Of a DNA stretch of 64,000 bases, positions 1-15,900 are shown one piece after another. The DNA is from Macrostomum lignano (lineage: Eukaryota): positions 1-64,000 of the forward strand of contig NIVC01001134.1 of assembly GCA_002269645.1 (NCBI GenBank), in the 5' to 3' direction. Position 1 is the stretch's first letter. Each line of letters opens with the position of its first letter. The notes under the pieces were generated by a model. It had not been told where the DNA came from and ran no database searches. It was given only the letters and a program-made list of their open reading frames with translations. The position numbers and the translations under genes were made by a program.

Positions 1-270
1 TTGTCGAGAAGTTTTTTCAAAACAATTAATTTATGAGTTTTACGCAAAAGCAAACAGAAGTTTCGCGCCAGAGATTATGAAAACAATTTACACAAGAAAA
101 TCTTACAAGCTACTACTGTTAAAACATCGTATGAACCAAGACAAGAGACACGAAAGCAACAAGACTTCAGTGTTAAATAATAAGGGTAACTTTTTGAACA
201 TAAAAATATTCAGAATTAAAATAATGAGTCACCGAATGCCACTGTGTCTCAGGCCGAACTTCTCATGGCC

Positions 271-345
271 TCAATCAAAATCTTTCTGAATAAATTCAAT
301 ATTTTTTGACGAAGCGGTGCTACTAGATAAAGTTTTGCAGATAGT
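271..345 (-). CDS. KDM3: Putative terminal KDM3 exon (TICKTLSSSTASSKNIEFIQKDFD*)
   Basis: Acceptor TTTGTGTCTCCTGTCAG at 346; 25 phase-0 codons ending in TGA. No homology support. Confidence 0.35.
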   Translation of the reverse strand, partial: TICKTLSSSTASSKNIEFIQKDFD

Positions 346-524
346 CTGACAGGAGACACAAAGTTGCTCATCATTGATGATAACAGCTTTTTAATGTTTT
401 TTAATAATTTATTTATTACAAATTTGAGAAATGCAACAAGAAAGTCCTCTTTGACATTTAAGCATTTCGCCTGTATACAGGACGAGCCAATGTTATTGCC
501 ATGGGCGTCACTGGCCTACCGGTC

Positions 525-1200
525 ATAAGGGTCATTAGTGCAAATAGTCATAAGGGTCATTAGTCCCAAATAGTCATAAGGGTCATTAGTCCCAACCAGT
601 CATAAGGGTCATTAGTCCAAACCAGTCATAAGGGTCATTAGTCCAAACCGTCATAAGGGTCATTAGTCCAAACCAGTCATTAGGGTCATTAGTCCCAACC
701 AGTCATAAGGGTCATTAGTCCCAACCAGTCATTAGGGTCATTAGTCCAAACCCGTCATAACGGCCATTAGTCCCAACCAGTCATTAGGGTCATTAGTCCA
801 AACCCGTCATAACGGTCATTAGTCCAACCAGTAATCATAAGGGTCATTAGTCCCAACCAGTAATCATACGGTCATTAGTCCCAACCAGTAATCATAACGG
901 TCATTAGTCCCAACCAGTAATCATAACGGTCATTAGTCCCAACCAGTAATCATAACGGTCATTAGTCCCAACCAGTAATCATAACGGTCATTAGTCCCAA
1001 CCAGTAATCATAACGGTCATTAGTCCCAACCAGTAATCATAACGGTCATTAGTCCCACCAGTAATCATAACGGTCATTAGTCCCAACCAGTAATCATAAC
1101 GGTCATTAGTCCAACCAGTCATCATAAGGGTCATTAGTCCAAGCAGTCATTAGGTCATTAGTCCCGACCAATCTTAAAGGTCATTAATCACAACCGGTCA
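525..1200. repeat. Minisatellite, about 23-27 bp unit (GTCATAAGGGTCATTAGTCCCAACCA)
   Basis: Tandem copies read directly. Confidence 0.95.
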
Positions 1201-1574
1201 TATGGTTGAGATTAATGACCCTAATTTGGCCCAATAATTAAGTTACTATTTTGAGTGCTCACACGCAGGCAATCACGAACAATAACAACTGTCAATATTA
1301 ATATATAAAAGACCAAACGGGTTTAGTCAGAACCAGAACAACAGTTATCGTCACTCAACTGACAAGTTATAATAATATATAGTTGACAAATAACACTGAC
1401 TGGCAGTCCTTCCCACTATTGTTATTTACCTTCTCTCTGTCTCTATAAATTTTTCTGAAAATCTAGCAGATTTATTGAAAGAAAACAATATTTATCAGCA
1501 ATGAGATGCTGTCTTGCTACTAGCAGTAGTGCAGCAAGGGGCGTCACTGGGACAGAATCGCTACGCAGTCCTAC

Positions 1575-1733
1575 GCTGTGGTAGATCATGTTCTTCACCT
1601 GCAGCTTGTCCTCGTGGTTGGAGTGCGCCGACGACAGCTGGCGGAACTCTCTCGTGAGCTGAAGGCACTGCTTGATGTTCTCCGGGCTGACAAAGTCTGT
1701 GGCCACTTTGATGCAGCTGTGCAGGTTCCTCAC
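1575..1733 (-). CDS. KDM3: KDM3-like exon 8 ([18 protein letters not shown]...[15 protein letters not shown])
   Basis: Conserved KDM3 C-terminal motifs; acceptor CCCCCAG at 1734. The 3' boundary is uncertain: donor AGC|GTAGGA, or read-through to the stop at 1443. Confidence 0.9.
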
Positions 1734-1815
1734 CTGGGGGAGGTTGGGGGGGGGGTTGGTGGCTTAAGTGGGATTGGCAGCATAGCGGCTGGAATAGGGC
1801 AGGCAGGGACAGAAC

Positions 1816-2232
1816 ATCACACAGCATAGCACACAGCACAGCACACAGAACAGCACACAGAACAGCACACAGCACAGAACAGCACAGCACACAGAACAGC
1901 ACACAGCACAGCACACAGAACAGCACACAGCACAGCACACAGCACAGAACAGCACAGCACACAGAACAGCACACAGCACAGCACACAGAACAGCACAGAA
2001 CAGCACAGCACACAGCAGCAGCACAGCACAGCACACAGAACAGCACAGCACACAGAACAGCACAGCACACAGAACAGCACACAGCACAGCACACAGAACA
2101 GCACACAGAACAGCACAGAACAGCACAGCACACAGAACAGCACACAGCACAGCACACAGAACAGCACAGAACAGCACAGCACACAGAACAGCACACAGAA
2201 CAGCACAGAACAGCACACAGCACAGAACAGCA
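1816..2232. repeat. (CACAG/AACAG)n-type short repeat in KDM3 intron 7
   Basis: Tandem copies read directly. Confidence 0.95.
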
Positions 2233-2247
2233 GCGCCCATCCCTAAC

Positions 2248-2524
2248 CTGGTGCGGTGCCCCAGCCGGGATGAAGATGGCGTCCCCCAGGAACTGCACAA
2301 TGGTGAACGGCCGGACTCCGTGCTCCTCGCGCAGCTGTTCGAGCAGACTCGAGCTCAGGTACGCCAGCTGGTCGTGGATCGGGTCGCTGTCCGGGTCCAG
2401 CCGCTCGCCCGCGCTCGGCCAGCACGCGGTGCAGGAACCGGCGGATCGCTGGCGCGTCACTCGGGCTGAAGATCTGCCACAGGGCGCCGGGGACGCGGCG
2501 GTCCACCGTCACTGAGCGGAGAAC
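2248..2524 (-). CDS. KDM3: KDM3-like exon 7 (JmjC: PGALWQIF...DPIHDQ...[16 protein letters not shown]) with apparent +1 frameshift
   Basis: The N-terminal half lies in ORF 2243-2596 and the C-terminal half in ORF 1561-2460. The exon is 277 nt (3n+1); removing one base of the run at 2408-2410 restores [16 protein letters not shown]. Confidence 0.9.
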
Positions 2525-2584
2525 CTGCGGCGGGTGATGGAGGTAGGGAGGGTCAGTGGGATAACAGAGAGAGGGTGGAGGATA

Positions 2585-3015
2585 AAAAGAGGGCAAAGTG
2601 AGGGTTGAGTGTAGTTAGACTAGAGTGAGAGTATAGAAGGGGTAGAAAGAGGGTCGAGTGAGGGTAGAGTGAGAGTAGAGAGGGGAGAAGAAAGAGGGTA
2701 GAGTGAGGGTAGAGAGGGTAGAGTGACAGTAGAAAGAGGGTAGAGTGAGGGTAGAGTGAGAGTAGAGAGAGGGTAGAGTGAGGGTAGACAGAGGGTAGAG
2801 TGAGAGTAGACAGAGGGTAGAGTGAGAGTAGACTGAGGGTAGAGTGAGAGTAGACTGAGGGTAGAGTGAGGGTAGACGGAGGGTAGGGTTAGAGTAGAGA
2901 GGGGGAGTAGAAAGAGGGTAGAGTGGTAGAGTGAGGGTTACGTAGACAGAAAATAGAGTGACGGTAGAGGGTAGAGAGGGTAGACAGAGGGTAGAGTGAA
3001 GTTAGGGGTAGGTAG
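2585..3015. repeat. Purine-rich repeat (GAGGGTAGAGTGAGAGTA-like) in KDM3 intron 6
   Basis: Degenerate tandem copies. Confidence 0.85.
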
Positions 3016-3280
3016 GTGACGGTATTTGCATGCAGAAGACAGTGGCAGGAGACGGGGGGTACACAGCAGAGTTGGTTAACTAGAATTTTTCAGGTATTGG
3101 AGCATTCTTTATATTTCAGTAAGCAAGGCGCAAAAATTAATAACTATATTTTCTATTATCTAAACAAATTCATTAAAGTGCTGTCGAGAATAGTCATGAA
3201 TATTTAATCCCAAAACATCCGCATAGCACTACTCACAATGGGTAAACAATAAGTAGTATGAAGATCCGATAAAAACCAAC

Positions 3281-3583
3281 CTGCGGATCAACTTTCGCCC
3301 GCTCCAAGGCGGCATAGACGGCCGCCTTCTGCTGTTCCACGGCGTCTTCGGGCACGCCGACGTACACCAGCAGGTTCACGGCGTCGGCGATGTCCAGGTG
3401 GAGGTTTGTGGTGCCGGTGGCGTCGCAGCGGGCCATGCCGTAGGCGTTGTACATTTTCGGGCCGAGGTCAGGCTGGACAAAGAAGGCCGGCAGCCTGGTG
3501 GCCAGGTTCAGCCGGCCGTCGCGCCTGCTGTACTCTGGCAGCGGCAGGGCGCGCTGAAAATCCTCATAGCGGTCTGGCAGGAT
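3281..3583 (-). CDS. KDM3: KDM3-like exon 6 (JmjC: [20 protein letters not shown]...[12 protein letters not shown]...[20 protein letters not shown])
   Basis: Canonical KDM3 JmjC motifs including the Fe(II)-binding HxD (HLD). Length 303 nt, phase 0 to 0, with AG/GT boundaries. Confidence 0.97.
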
Positions 3584-3799
3584 CTGCGCGGACATTGCGT
3601 TGAACTCTGCTTTATTTTGTATTGATCGATACATATCGGCTGTTGTTCTACGGTAGAGTTGTGGGGCTGCTCTGGGTGAATAGGACTGGGGTTTGGCGGT
3701 TCTAAGAACTAGTTTCTGGTGTCCTTGGTCTCAGGGCCCTGGGTTCTTAGGTTTCAATGATCTAGGGTTCTTGGGTCCTGCTTTCTGGGGTCCTTGTTT

Positions 3800-4390
3800 C
3801 CGGAGTTCTGGGATCCTTGTTTCCGGAGTTCTGGGTCTGGGTTCTGGGTTGGATTGGTCCTGGGTTCTGGGGTCCTGGGTTCTAGGGTCCTGGGTTCTGG
3901 GTCCTGGGTTCTAGGGTCCTGGTTCTATGGTCCTGGGCTCTAGGGTCCTGAGTTCTGGGGTCCTGGGTTCTGGGGTCCAGGGTTCTAGGGTCCTGGGTTC
4001 TGGGGTCCTGGGTTCTGGGGTCCAGGGTTCTAGGGTCCTGGGTTCTAGGGTCCTGGGTTTTAGGGTCCTGGGCTCTGCTGGGTTCTGGGGTCCTGGGCTC
4101 TGGGGTCCTGAGTTCTGGGGTCCTGGGTTCTGGGGTCCAGGGTTCTAGGGTCCTGGGTTCTGGGGTCCAGGGTTCTAGGGTCCTGGGTTCTGGGGTCCTG
4201 GGTTCTAGGGTCCTGGTTTTAGGGTCTTGGGCTCTGTTGGGTTCTGGGGTCCTGGGCTCTGGGGTCCTGAGTTCTGGGGTCCTGGGTTCTAGGGTCCTGG
4301 TTTTAGGGTCCTGGGCTCTGCTGGGTTCTGGGGTCCTGGGCTCTGGGTCCTGAGTTCTGGGGTCCTGGGTTCTTGGGGTTCTGGGTCCTG
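3800..4390. repeat. 15-16 bp minisatellite (GGGTCCTGGGTTCT(A/G)G) in KDM3 intron 5
   Basis: Tandem copies read directly. Confidence 0.93.
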
Positions 4391-4989
4391 GAAATATGAT
4401 TCCTTAATGAATACAACAGTCAGTCTGTTAATATCTTGTGCGAAAAATCGTCAAAAAATAACAACGCGCTACTTTCTACTAACCAACTCTCCTATTAAGT
4501 AGAATAGAAAGCAACTGCAATCAAGCCAAGAGATTTAAACCCATGAAATTCTGCGATTCTATGAAAATCGGATTCGATTTGAAACGCGACACGGCGACAG
4601 CTGCGAAGGCCAGAGCGAAATTCGAAAGCATCGAATGCAAGACTCCCGGGATCAATTGAGAGGGCGGAAAGGGGGAAGGAGGGAAGAGGGCGGATGGGAG
4701 AGGAAGTAGGCGAAAGCTGTGTAGCAGAGATGAGGAAAATTACTGCATTTGGAGCCTGAGCATGCTGCTGCTTCTGCTTTTTTGCTGCTACAAGACCCAA
4801 ATATTTTTCAGATGAGGCACCGCCTGAAGACAGGATGCAGCAATGCTTCAATTATTCGGAGGATACATCGAGTCTGCACTGCCACAGCCTGTCCCATATA
4901 TTCATGTAATCCCCACATTATCATAATGGGAAATCCTTAGATACTAATGCAATTAATGAGAAACACGAGATTCCACAAAACAGGAGAAA

Positions 4990-5390
4990 TCCCAGATCCC
5001 TGCAACAGAAATCCCAGATCCCTAAATCATCCCAGATCCCAAAAATATCCCAGATCCGAAAATGATCCCAGATCCGAAAATGATCCCAGATCCCAAAAAT
5101 GATCCCAGATCCCAAAAATGATCCCAGATACGAAAATGATCCCAGATCCCAAAAATAATCCCAGATCCGAAAATGATCCCAGATCCGAAAATGATCCCAG
5201 ATTCTAAAAATGATCCCAGATCCGAAAATGATCCCAGATCCCAAAATTATACTAGATCCAAAAATGATCCCAGATCCCAAAAATAATCCCAGATCCGAAA
5301 ATGATCCCAGATCCCAAAAATAATCCCAGATCCGAAAATGATCCCAGATCCAAAAATGATCCCAGATCCGAAAATGATCCCCAGATCCCA
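4990..5390. repeat. 18-19 bp minisatellite (ATGATCCCAGATCCGAAA) in KDM3 intron 5
   Basis: Tandem copies read directly. Confidence 0.95.
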
Positions 5391-5425
5391 AACTGATCTA
5401 GAAATCCTAAATCCCCAGTCCGAAC

Positions 5426-6662
5426 CTGCTGAAAGTCGTCCGCGGGCGGCCAGTCCTTCAGCTTCAGGTTCAGCGGCTCCCCAGTTGCCGAGTCCTTCAG
5501 CCGCTTCTTGATGCTCTCGAAGCCGTCCCAGAAGAACTTCATGGGATTCGGGGGCAGCTCTGCGCCGGCCTGGCAGTTCACCACGTTGGCCCGGCAGCTG
5601 CCGAACTGCCGGCTGAAGGTGCGCGGATGCCACAGCGACGAGTTGACAAAGCGGTCGCAGCCGCTGACCACTACGGGGAGGCCGCGGCGCCACTGGCGCT
5701 GGAAGCTGGCCAGGTTGCCCGGGTGCTGCGGCTCACGCAGGCGGAGAAGCAGTGGAAGCGACTGGTCGGCCGACGCCGAAGATGGCTCCGCTGTCCGGCC
5801 GGTCTCGTCCAGCCATTCAAGCGGCGGCGGCGGCTGGTGCGGAGTCGCCGAGACGGAGGAGGTGACGGCGGCGTTCCTGTCGGGATCCAGGCGGGTCAGC
5901 TCGTTGGTGAGCTTTGTCAGCGCGTCCGTAGGCACGGCGATGCAGGTGAGCACCATGCGCTCCGGGTCGTGCGGCTGGCGGTTGGCGGTGCAACAGCTGG
6001 CGGCCGCGGCGGCGGCTGCGGCTGCGGCAGCGGCGGCGGCCGAAGAGGCGGCCGAGGCGCTGCTGGAGCCGTCGGCTGAAGCGGCAGCGGCGGCGGCAGC
6101 GGCGGCGGCGCTCATGAGCTGCTTGAGTCGGGTGGCCGGCGGCGGGGCCGAAGCAGCGCCATCGTGCTGGGGATGCTCGGAGGCCGAGGATGAAGAACTG
6201 GTCGAGCCGGATGCGGCCGGGCCGCCGAAACGCCTGCCGGCGGCGCAGTCGGTGCAGATGACGAAGCCGCACTTCAGGCAGCTGTAGTGGGCGTTGAACA
6301 GCGCAGTCTCGCACTGGTCGCAGATTTCGCGCACCCCAGAGACCGGCCGCTTCCACTGCAGCGGCTGCGGCGGCTGGTGGCGCTGCTGCTGCGGCTCGTC
6401 CGTCTTTGGCGAGCCGCCGCCGCCTGCGGATTTCGCCGCGGGCGGGCCGCCGCCTCGTTTTCTAAGAATCTGCTTCTCGTTGCCAGCCAGGTCTTCGAAG
6501 CTGTCGGCCACGAAGCCAAGAATGTAGCGGGCGGTCGGCCGGTCCAGGAGCGGCGTCAGCAGCGGCAGCTGCGGCAGCCACAGCGCCAAGTCTTCGGCTT
6601 CGGCGTCCGCGATGTCGCAGAAGCCGGCGGCGGTCACAGCGCCTTTCTTGTTGTAGCGGAGC
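5426..6662 (-). CDS. KDM3: KDM3-like exon 5 (zinc finger REICDQCETALFNAHYSCLKCGFVICTDC; start of JmjC region, PVVVSG...LKLKDWPP)
   Basis: Recognisable KDM3 zinc finger and LKLKDWPP motif. Acceptor TCTCTTTCTCCCGCAG, donor CAG|GTTCGG. Length 1237 nt, phase 2 to 0. Confidence 0.95.
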
Positions 6663-6667
6663 CTGCG

Positions 6668-7748
6668 GGAGAAAGAGATGCAGGGAGAGATGCAGTAAGA
6701 GAGATGCAGGGAGAGAGATGCAGTGAGAGAGATGCAGGGAAAGAGTTGCAAGATAGAGATACAGGGAGAGACCCAGGGAAAGAGTTGCAGGAAGAGATGC
6801 AAAGAGAGAGTTGCAGGGAGTGACAGGGAGAGAGACGCAGGGAGATACACGCAGGGAAAGAGTTGCAGGGACATAAATGCAGGGAAAGAGTTGCAGGGAG
6901 AGACACAGGGAGAGAGACGCAGGGAAAGAGTTGCAGGGAGAGATGTAAAGAGAGAGTTGCAGGGAGAGACACAGGGAGAGAGACGCAGGGAGAGAGAGAC
7001 GCAGAGAAAGAGTTGCAGGGACATAAATGCAGGGAAAGATTTGCAGGGAGAGACACAGGGAGATAGATGCAGGGAAAGAGTTGCAGGGACATAAATGCAG
7101 GGAGAGTTGCAGGGAGAGACACAGGGAGAGAGACGCAGGGAAGGAGTTGCAGGGACATAAATTCAGGGAAAGATTTGCAGGGAGAGACACAGGGAGAGAG
7201 ATGCAGGGAAGGAGTTGCAGGGACATAAATGCAGGGAGAGTTGCAGGGAGAGACACAGGGAGAGAGATGCAGGGAAAGAGTTGCAGGGACATAAATGCAG
7301 GGAAAGATTTGCAGGGAGAGACACAGGGAGAGAGACGCAGGGAAAGAGTTGCAGGGACATAAATGCAGGGAGAGTTGCAGGGAGAGACACAGGGAGAGAG
7401 ATGCAGGGAAAGAGTTGCAGGGACATAAATGCAGGGAGAGTTGCAGGGAGAGACACAGGGAGAGAGACGCAGGGAAAGAGTTGCAGGGACATAAATGCAG
7501 GGAAAGAGTTGCAGGGAGAGACACAGGGAGAGAGATGCAGGGAGAGACACAGGGAGAGAGACGCAGGGAAAGAGTTGCAGGGACATAAATGCAGGGAAAG
7601 AGTTGCAGGGAGAGACACAGGGAGAGAGATGCAGGGAAAGAGTTGCAGGGACATGAATGCAGGGAAATAGTTGCAGGGAGAGACGCAGGGAAAGAGTTGC
7701 AGGGAGAGACACAGGGAGAGAGATGCAGGGAAAGAGTTGCAGGGACAT
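6668..7748. repeat. Compound GCAGGGA-core minisatellite abutting the KDM3 exon 5 acceptor
   Basis: Tandem GCAGGGAGAGA / GCAGGGAAAGAGTT / GCAGGGACATAAAT modules. Confidence 0.95.
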
Positions 7749-8374
7749 AGACGCACAGGAGATGCAGACAGCAAGGCATTTCGATCACCTAGATTGAATG
7801 CACTCCCCGCTCGTACAATAACAGCAATACTACTAAGGCGAAGAATAACACAGTTAATAAATTCTGTCGAACAAATAAATTGCAAGCTCATCATGACAGA
7901 GTAACAAGCCAGCACTCTGCCCGTGCTGTGTGTGTCTGTATGTACCGGTATTAAGCGCCTACCAACCCCTGGAACAATGTAGTGAATGCAGTGAGAGAGC
8001 AAAGACGCACTCAATCGCACGAACTGAATGCCAGGCAGGGCAAGTGTTATTTATTCTCCAGTCCCGTGCCGTCGCGCAGGCAGAATTAAATTCTGTATTT
8101 CCTGCAGTGCGCTGCTGCTTATTCTATTTTAGTGTTCCTGCTCTCCCACACTCTGCCGTGGGGTCTCCTCACAGTGCGTATGAGTGAGAGAGGCGGAGAG
8201 GGCAGAGTGAGACGGAGCCAGGCTGTTTTTCCGCGCCGACATAAAAGTACAAGAAACTGCAGAGCGAAGGAAACTCCGGAGCGATAAACAAGATAGACAT
8301 TGTGCCCGCTTTGTAAATTATTAATTGTAGCTGCCCTGAGCAGCTTGCGAGAGTAGATATATGGATGGCTGGAT

Positions 8375-12495
<4,121 letters not shown>

Positions 12496-13144
12496 AGTTG
12501 AATAGATAATTAATCACAAACCCCAGGTGCCAAAGCAGAAGAACAGGCCCAGACCACAGGGCAGGACTCAAGTGCAGCACATTGTGCCGCAATAAATTAC
12601 TCATATTTTGAGCCGAAACGCGTCAGCAGTGCCGGACAGGCAAAGAAAGGTCTGACAAGTTTTCATTCTGGCACAGCGGGAGGTCAGTCAAATTGGGCTG
12701 AGTGAGGTCAGTCTACCCCCCCTCCTCCTCTCTCTGCCCCTGCTGCTGAAATACGTCGATAACACAGCAGGCATTGCAGAATGCGTTTTTATCTTAGCTG
12801 TGTTTACCCAGCCATGCACACACAGTGTGTGCCTCACTCAGTACGGCCTTCAGTTGCATGCAGAGAGAAAATGAGAGAGAGAATTCTCGTATCTTCTGTT
12901 CTGCCAATACTTTACCCCGAAACTGAGGGTTAAGCACTTTATCCGTTAGTTGCTAGGCTATATATACTCGTATTTAAAGAGCTAGAGTGGAGTTCTCTCT
13001 AATAGATAAAATGTAAATTAAGAATCGAAAGACTTCGGGCTCAGACTTTGTACTGGAAATTCAGTCTCGATGCAATTTTTCATACCAACGGTCTGCACTT
13101 ACCTGCCATAGCGTTTTACAGTGCAGTGCACCCGGTGTGCTGAG

Positions 13145-13700
13145 CTAGGGCAGAGGGGCAGGCAGAGGGGGAGACAGGGGGAGCCAGAGGGGAGACAGAG
13201 GGAGAAGAGGGGGGACAGAGGGTGAGACGGGAAGACAGAGGGGAGACAGAGGGGGAGACAGGAGGGCGACAGAGGGGAGAAGAGGGGAAGACAGAGGGTG
13301 AGACGGGGAGACAGAGGGGAGACAGAGTGGGAGACAGGAGGGCGACAGAGGGGAGAAGAGGGAAAGACAGAGGGTGAGACGGGGAGACAGAGGGGAGAAG
13401 AGGGGGAGACAGAGGGTGAGACGGGGAGACAGAGGGGAGACAGAGGGGAGACAGAGGGGGAGACAGGAGGGCGACAGAGGGGAGAAGAGGGGAAGACAGA
13501 GGGTGAGACGGGGAGACAGAGGGGAGAAGAGGGGGAGACAGAGGGTGAGACGGGGAGACAGAGGGGAGACAGAGGGGGAGACAGGAGGGAGACAGAGGGG
13601 AGAAGAGGGGGAGAAGAGGGGGAGACATAGGGTGAGACAGGGTGAGACGGGGAGACAGAGGGGAGACAGAGGGGGAGACAGAGGGGGAGACAGCTAGGGT
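13145..13700. repeat. GA-rich minisatellite (GAGACAGAGGGGGA-like)
   Basis: Tandem copies read directly. Confidence 0.9.
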
Positions 13701-13779
13701 GGGACAGAAGCGAAGATCTGCCAGCAAACGCACAAATTCCAGCTACTGTCAGCAGCAGCCAGCCAGGTAATCAACTCAC

Positions 13780-14083
13780 TTTCTAAAACCAACATATCGG
13801 CAGATGATGCCACCGTTGGTGCCCTGCTGCTGCTGCTGGTGATGCTGATGCTGATGGTGCGAGGCTGAAGACTTCTTGCCGCCGTTGGCCCCGCCAGACG
13901 AGCCGGACTTGGGCAGCTGCAGCGGTCGGCACTCGCGGCATTTGGGAAGCTTGGGGCAGGTCTCCAGGCAGCCGGCGTCTTGAATGAACGGCTCCAGGCT
14001 TTTCTCGTAGTGCTGCCGACTGTGCTTGTTGATGGGCCGGCTCTTCAGGCGGACCACTGCGGGGTGGGGGCGGGACTGGTGAC
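13780..14083 (-). CDS. KDM3: KDM3-like exon 4 (EPFIQDAGCLETCPKLPKCREC...CRYVGFRK)
   Basis: Cys-rich KDM3-typical motif. Acceptor TTGTCCCCAAG, donor AA|GTGAGT; phase 1 to 2. Joins the next exon to give FRKLRYNK. Confidence 0.9.
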
Positions 14084-14102
14084 CTTGGGGACAATTGAAG
14101 TG

Positions 14103-14188
<86 letters not shown>

Positions 14189-14195
14189 GACAGAC

Positions 14196-14228
<33 letters not shown>
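14103..14228. repeat. (GACA)n microsatellite next to the KDM3 exon 4 acceptor
   Basis: Read directly. Confidence 0.97.
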
Positions 14229-14229
<1 letters not shown>

Positions 14230-15049
14230 CTGGGGATGAGCACTAGTAGGTGCCCTACTACTTACAGTCTAACAGCAAGCAGAAAATTGTCACTGTGAGG
14301 CCACTTTAACCACCCCCTCCCAAGATTGCATTCAGCAGCGTTTCGCCTTGGGAGATAAAACTGCAAAACAAGCTCGTAGCCCTGTGTCAAAAAACACAAT
14401 GGTACTCCGTTTGCATGGAAAAACACACATCTGAGGGTCGATCCGTCTAAGCCTGGGGTGCTGAGGTGGGCGCGAAGCGTCTGCTCAAAAAAGCAACAAT
14501 TGAGCATAGCGAGAATCGGTGTGTGAGAAGCAGCATTTAGTATACAGCATACAGCTACAGTATGGCGCTCACAAGAGCCGCACTGACTAAGCGAAGGCTT
14601 TGGATGCAGCAGAGAGACCGGCTGCACACGCCAGCATAACTGCGCTATAAAAGAATGCGTATGGCGATGACTCATCGCGGTCGTAGAAAGAATTTCTACT
14701 TTTCTCTCCCCCTCCATGCTGGAAGCCTGTACGCATAAAACTCATAGCGTTTTTTTTCAGACCATTTTTACTCCTCTGGGTGGAAAATGCTAACCTTAGG
14801 GTATTTTTTAAATGTGTACGCGTACTGCACACGAACTGAACACGTACTGTAACGCGCGACTGTCATGCCAGTCGCAAATACAGACAGGGATTGCGAGATT
14901 TGTGTATTGAGCTCAGCAGATCCTGACTGTTTTTGCTAAAATTATTGTCTAGTCTTTTACTAGACAATACTGGATTCCCTTTGTGTAGCACTGATGCTGC
15001 TGTTGCCGCTGCTGCTGCTGTTGCTGCATAGAGTTAATGCTCTATGAGA

Positions 15050-15900
15050 GGCAAAATAGAGTGGAAGACTGGAAGATTGGAAGTAGAAGAAATGCTGAGG
15101 AGGAGAGAGGAAGGGTAGACAGAAGAGGAGAGGGTAGAGGAGAAAGTAGAGTGGGGAGAGGGTAGAGGAGAGGGTAGAAAGGAAGGAGATGGTAGAGGGA
15201 GGAGGGTAGAGAGGGGGTAGAGGGAAGAGGGTAGATGAGGTAGAAAGGAAGAAGGTAGAGGGAGGTGTAGAGAGGGGGTAGAGGATAGAAGGAGGAGACG
15301 GTTAGAAGAGGATAGAGGGGGGAGAGGGTAGAGGGAAAAGTGGGTAGAGGGTAGAGGGAGGGGGTAGAGGGGAGGGAGAGGGGAGGGAGAGGGTAGAAAG
15401 GAAGGAGAGGGTAGAACAGAGGGTAGAGAGGAAGGAGAGGGTGGAGCAGAGGGTAGAGAGGAAGGAGAGGGTGGAGCAGAGGGTAGAGAGGAAGGAGAGG
15501 GTAGAACAGAGGGTAGAGAGGAAGGAGAGGGTGGAGCAGAGGGTAGAGAGGAAGGAGAGGGTGAAGCAGAGGGTAGAGAGGAAGGAGAGGGTAGAACAGA
15601 GGGTAGAGAGGAAGGAGAGGGAAGGAGGAGGGGGTAGAGGGGAGGGAGAGGGTAGAACCGAGGGTAGAGAGGAAGGAGAGGGTAGAACAGAGGGTAGAGA
15701 GGAAGGAGAGGGTGGAGCAGAGGGTAGAGAGGAAGGAGAGGGTGGAGCAGAGGGTAGAGAGGAAGGAGAGGGAAGGAGGAGGTAGAGGGGAGGGAGAGGG
15801 TAGAACAGAGGGTAAGAGAGGAAGGAGAGGGTAGAACAGAGGGTAGAGAGGAAGGAGAGGGTAGGGGGAGGAGGGGGAGGTAGCAGAGCAGAGGAGCAGA
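15050..15900. repeat. GA-rich 24-bp minisatellite (GAGGGTAGAGAGGAAGGAGAGGGT...)
   Basis: Tandem copies read directly. Confidence 0.9.

Noticed and set aside
5508-6527. Plus-strand ORFs opposite KDM3 exons (likewise opposite OGT exons and 46653-47208)
   Set aside because: Antisense shadows of GC-rich coding sequence.
6462-7788. Long ORFs such as SLQLFPC/LPATLSL repeats
   Set aside because: Translations of an intronic minisatellite; the true exon starts at 6662.
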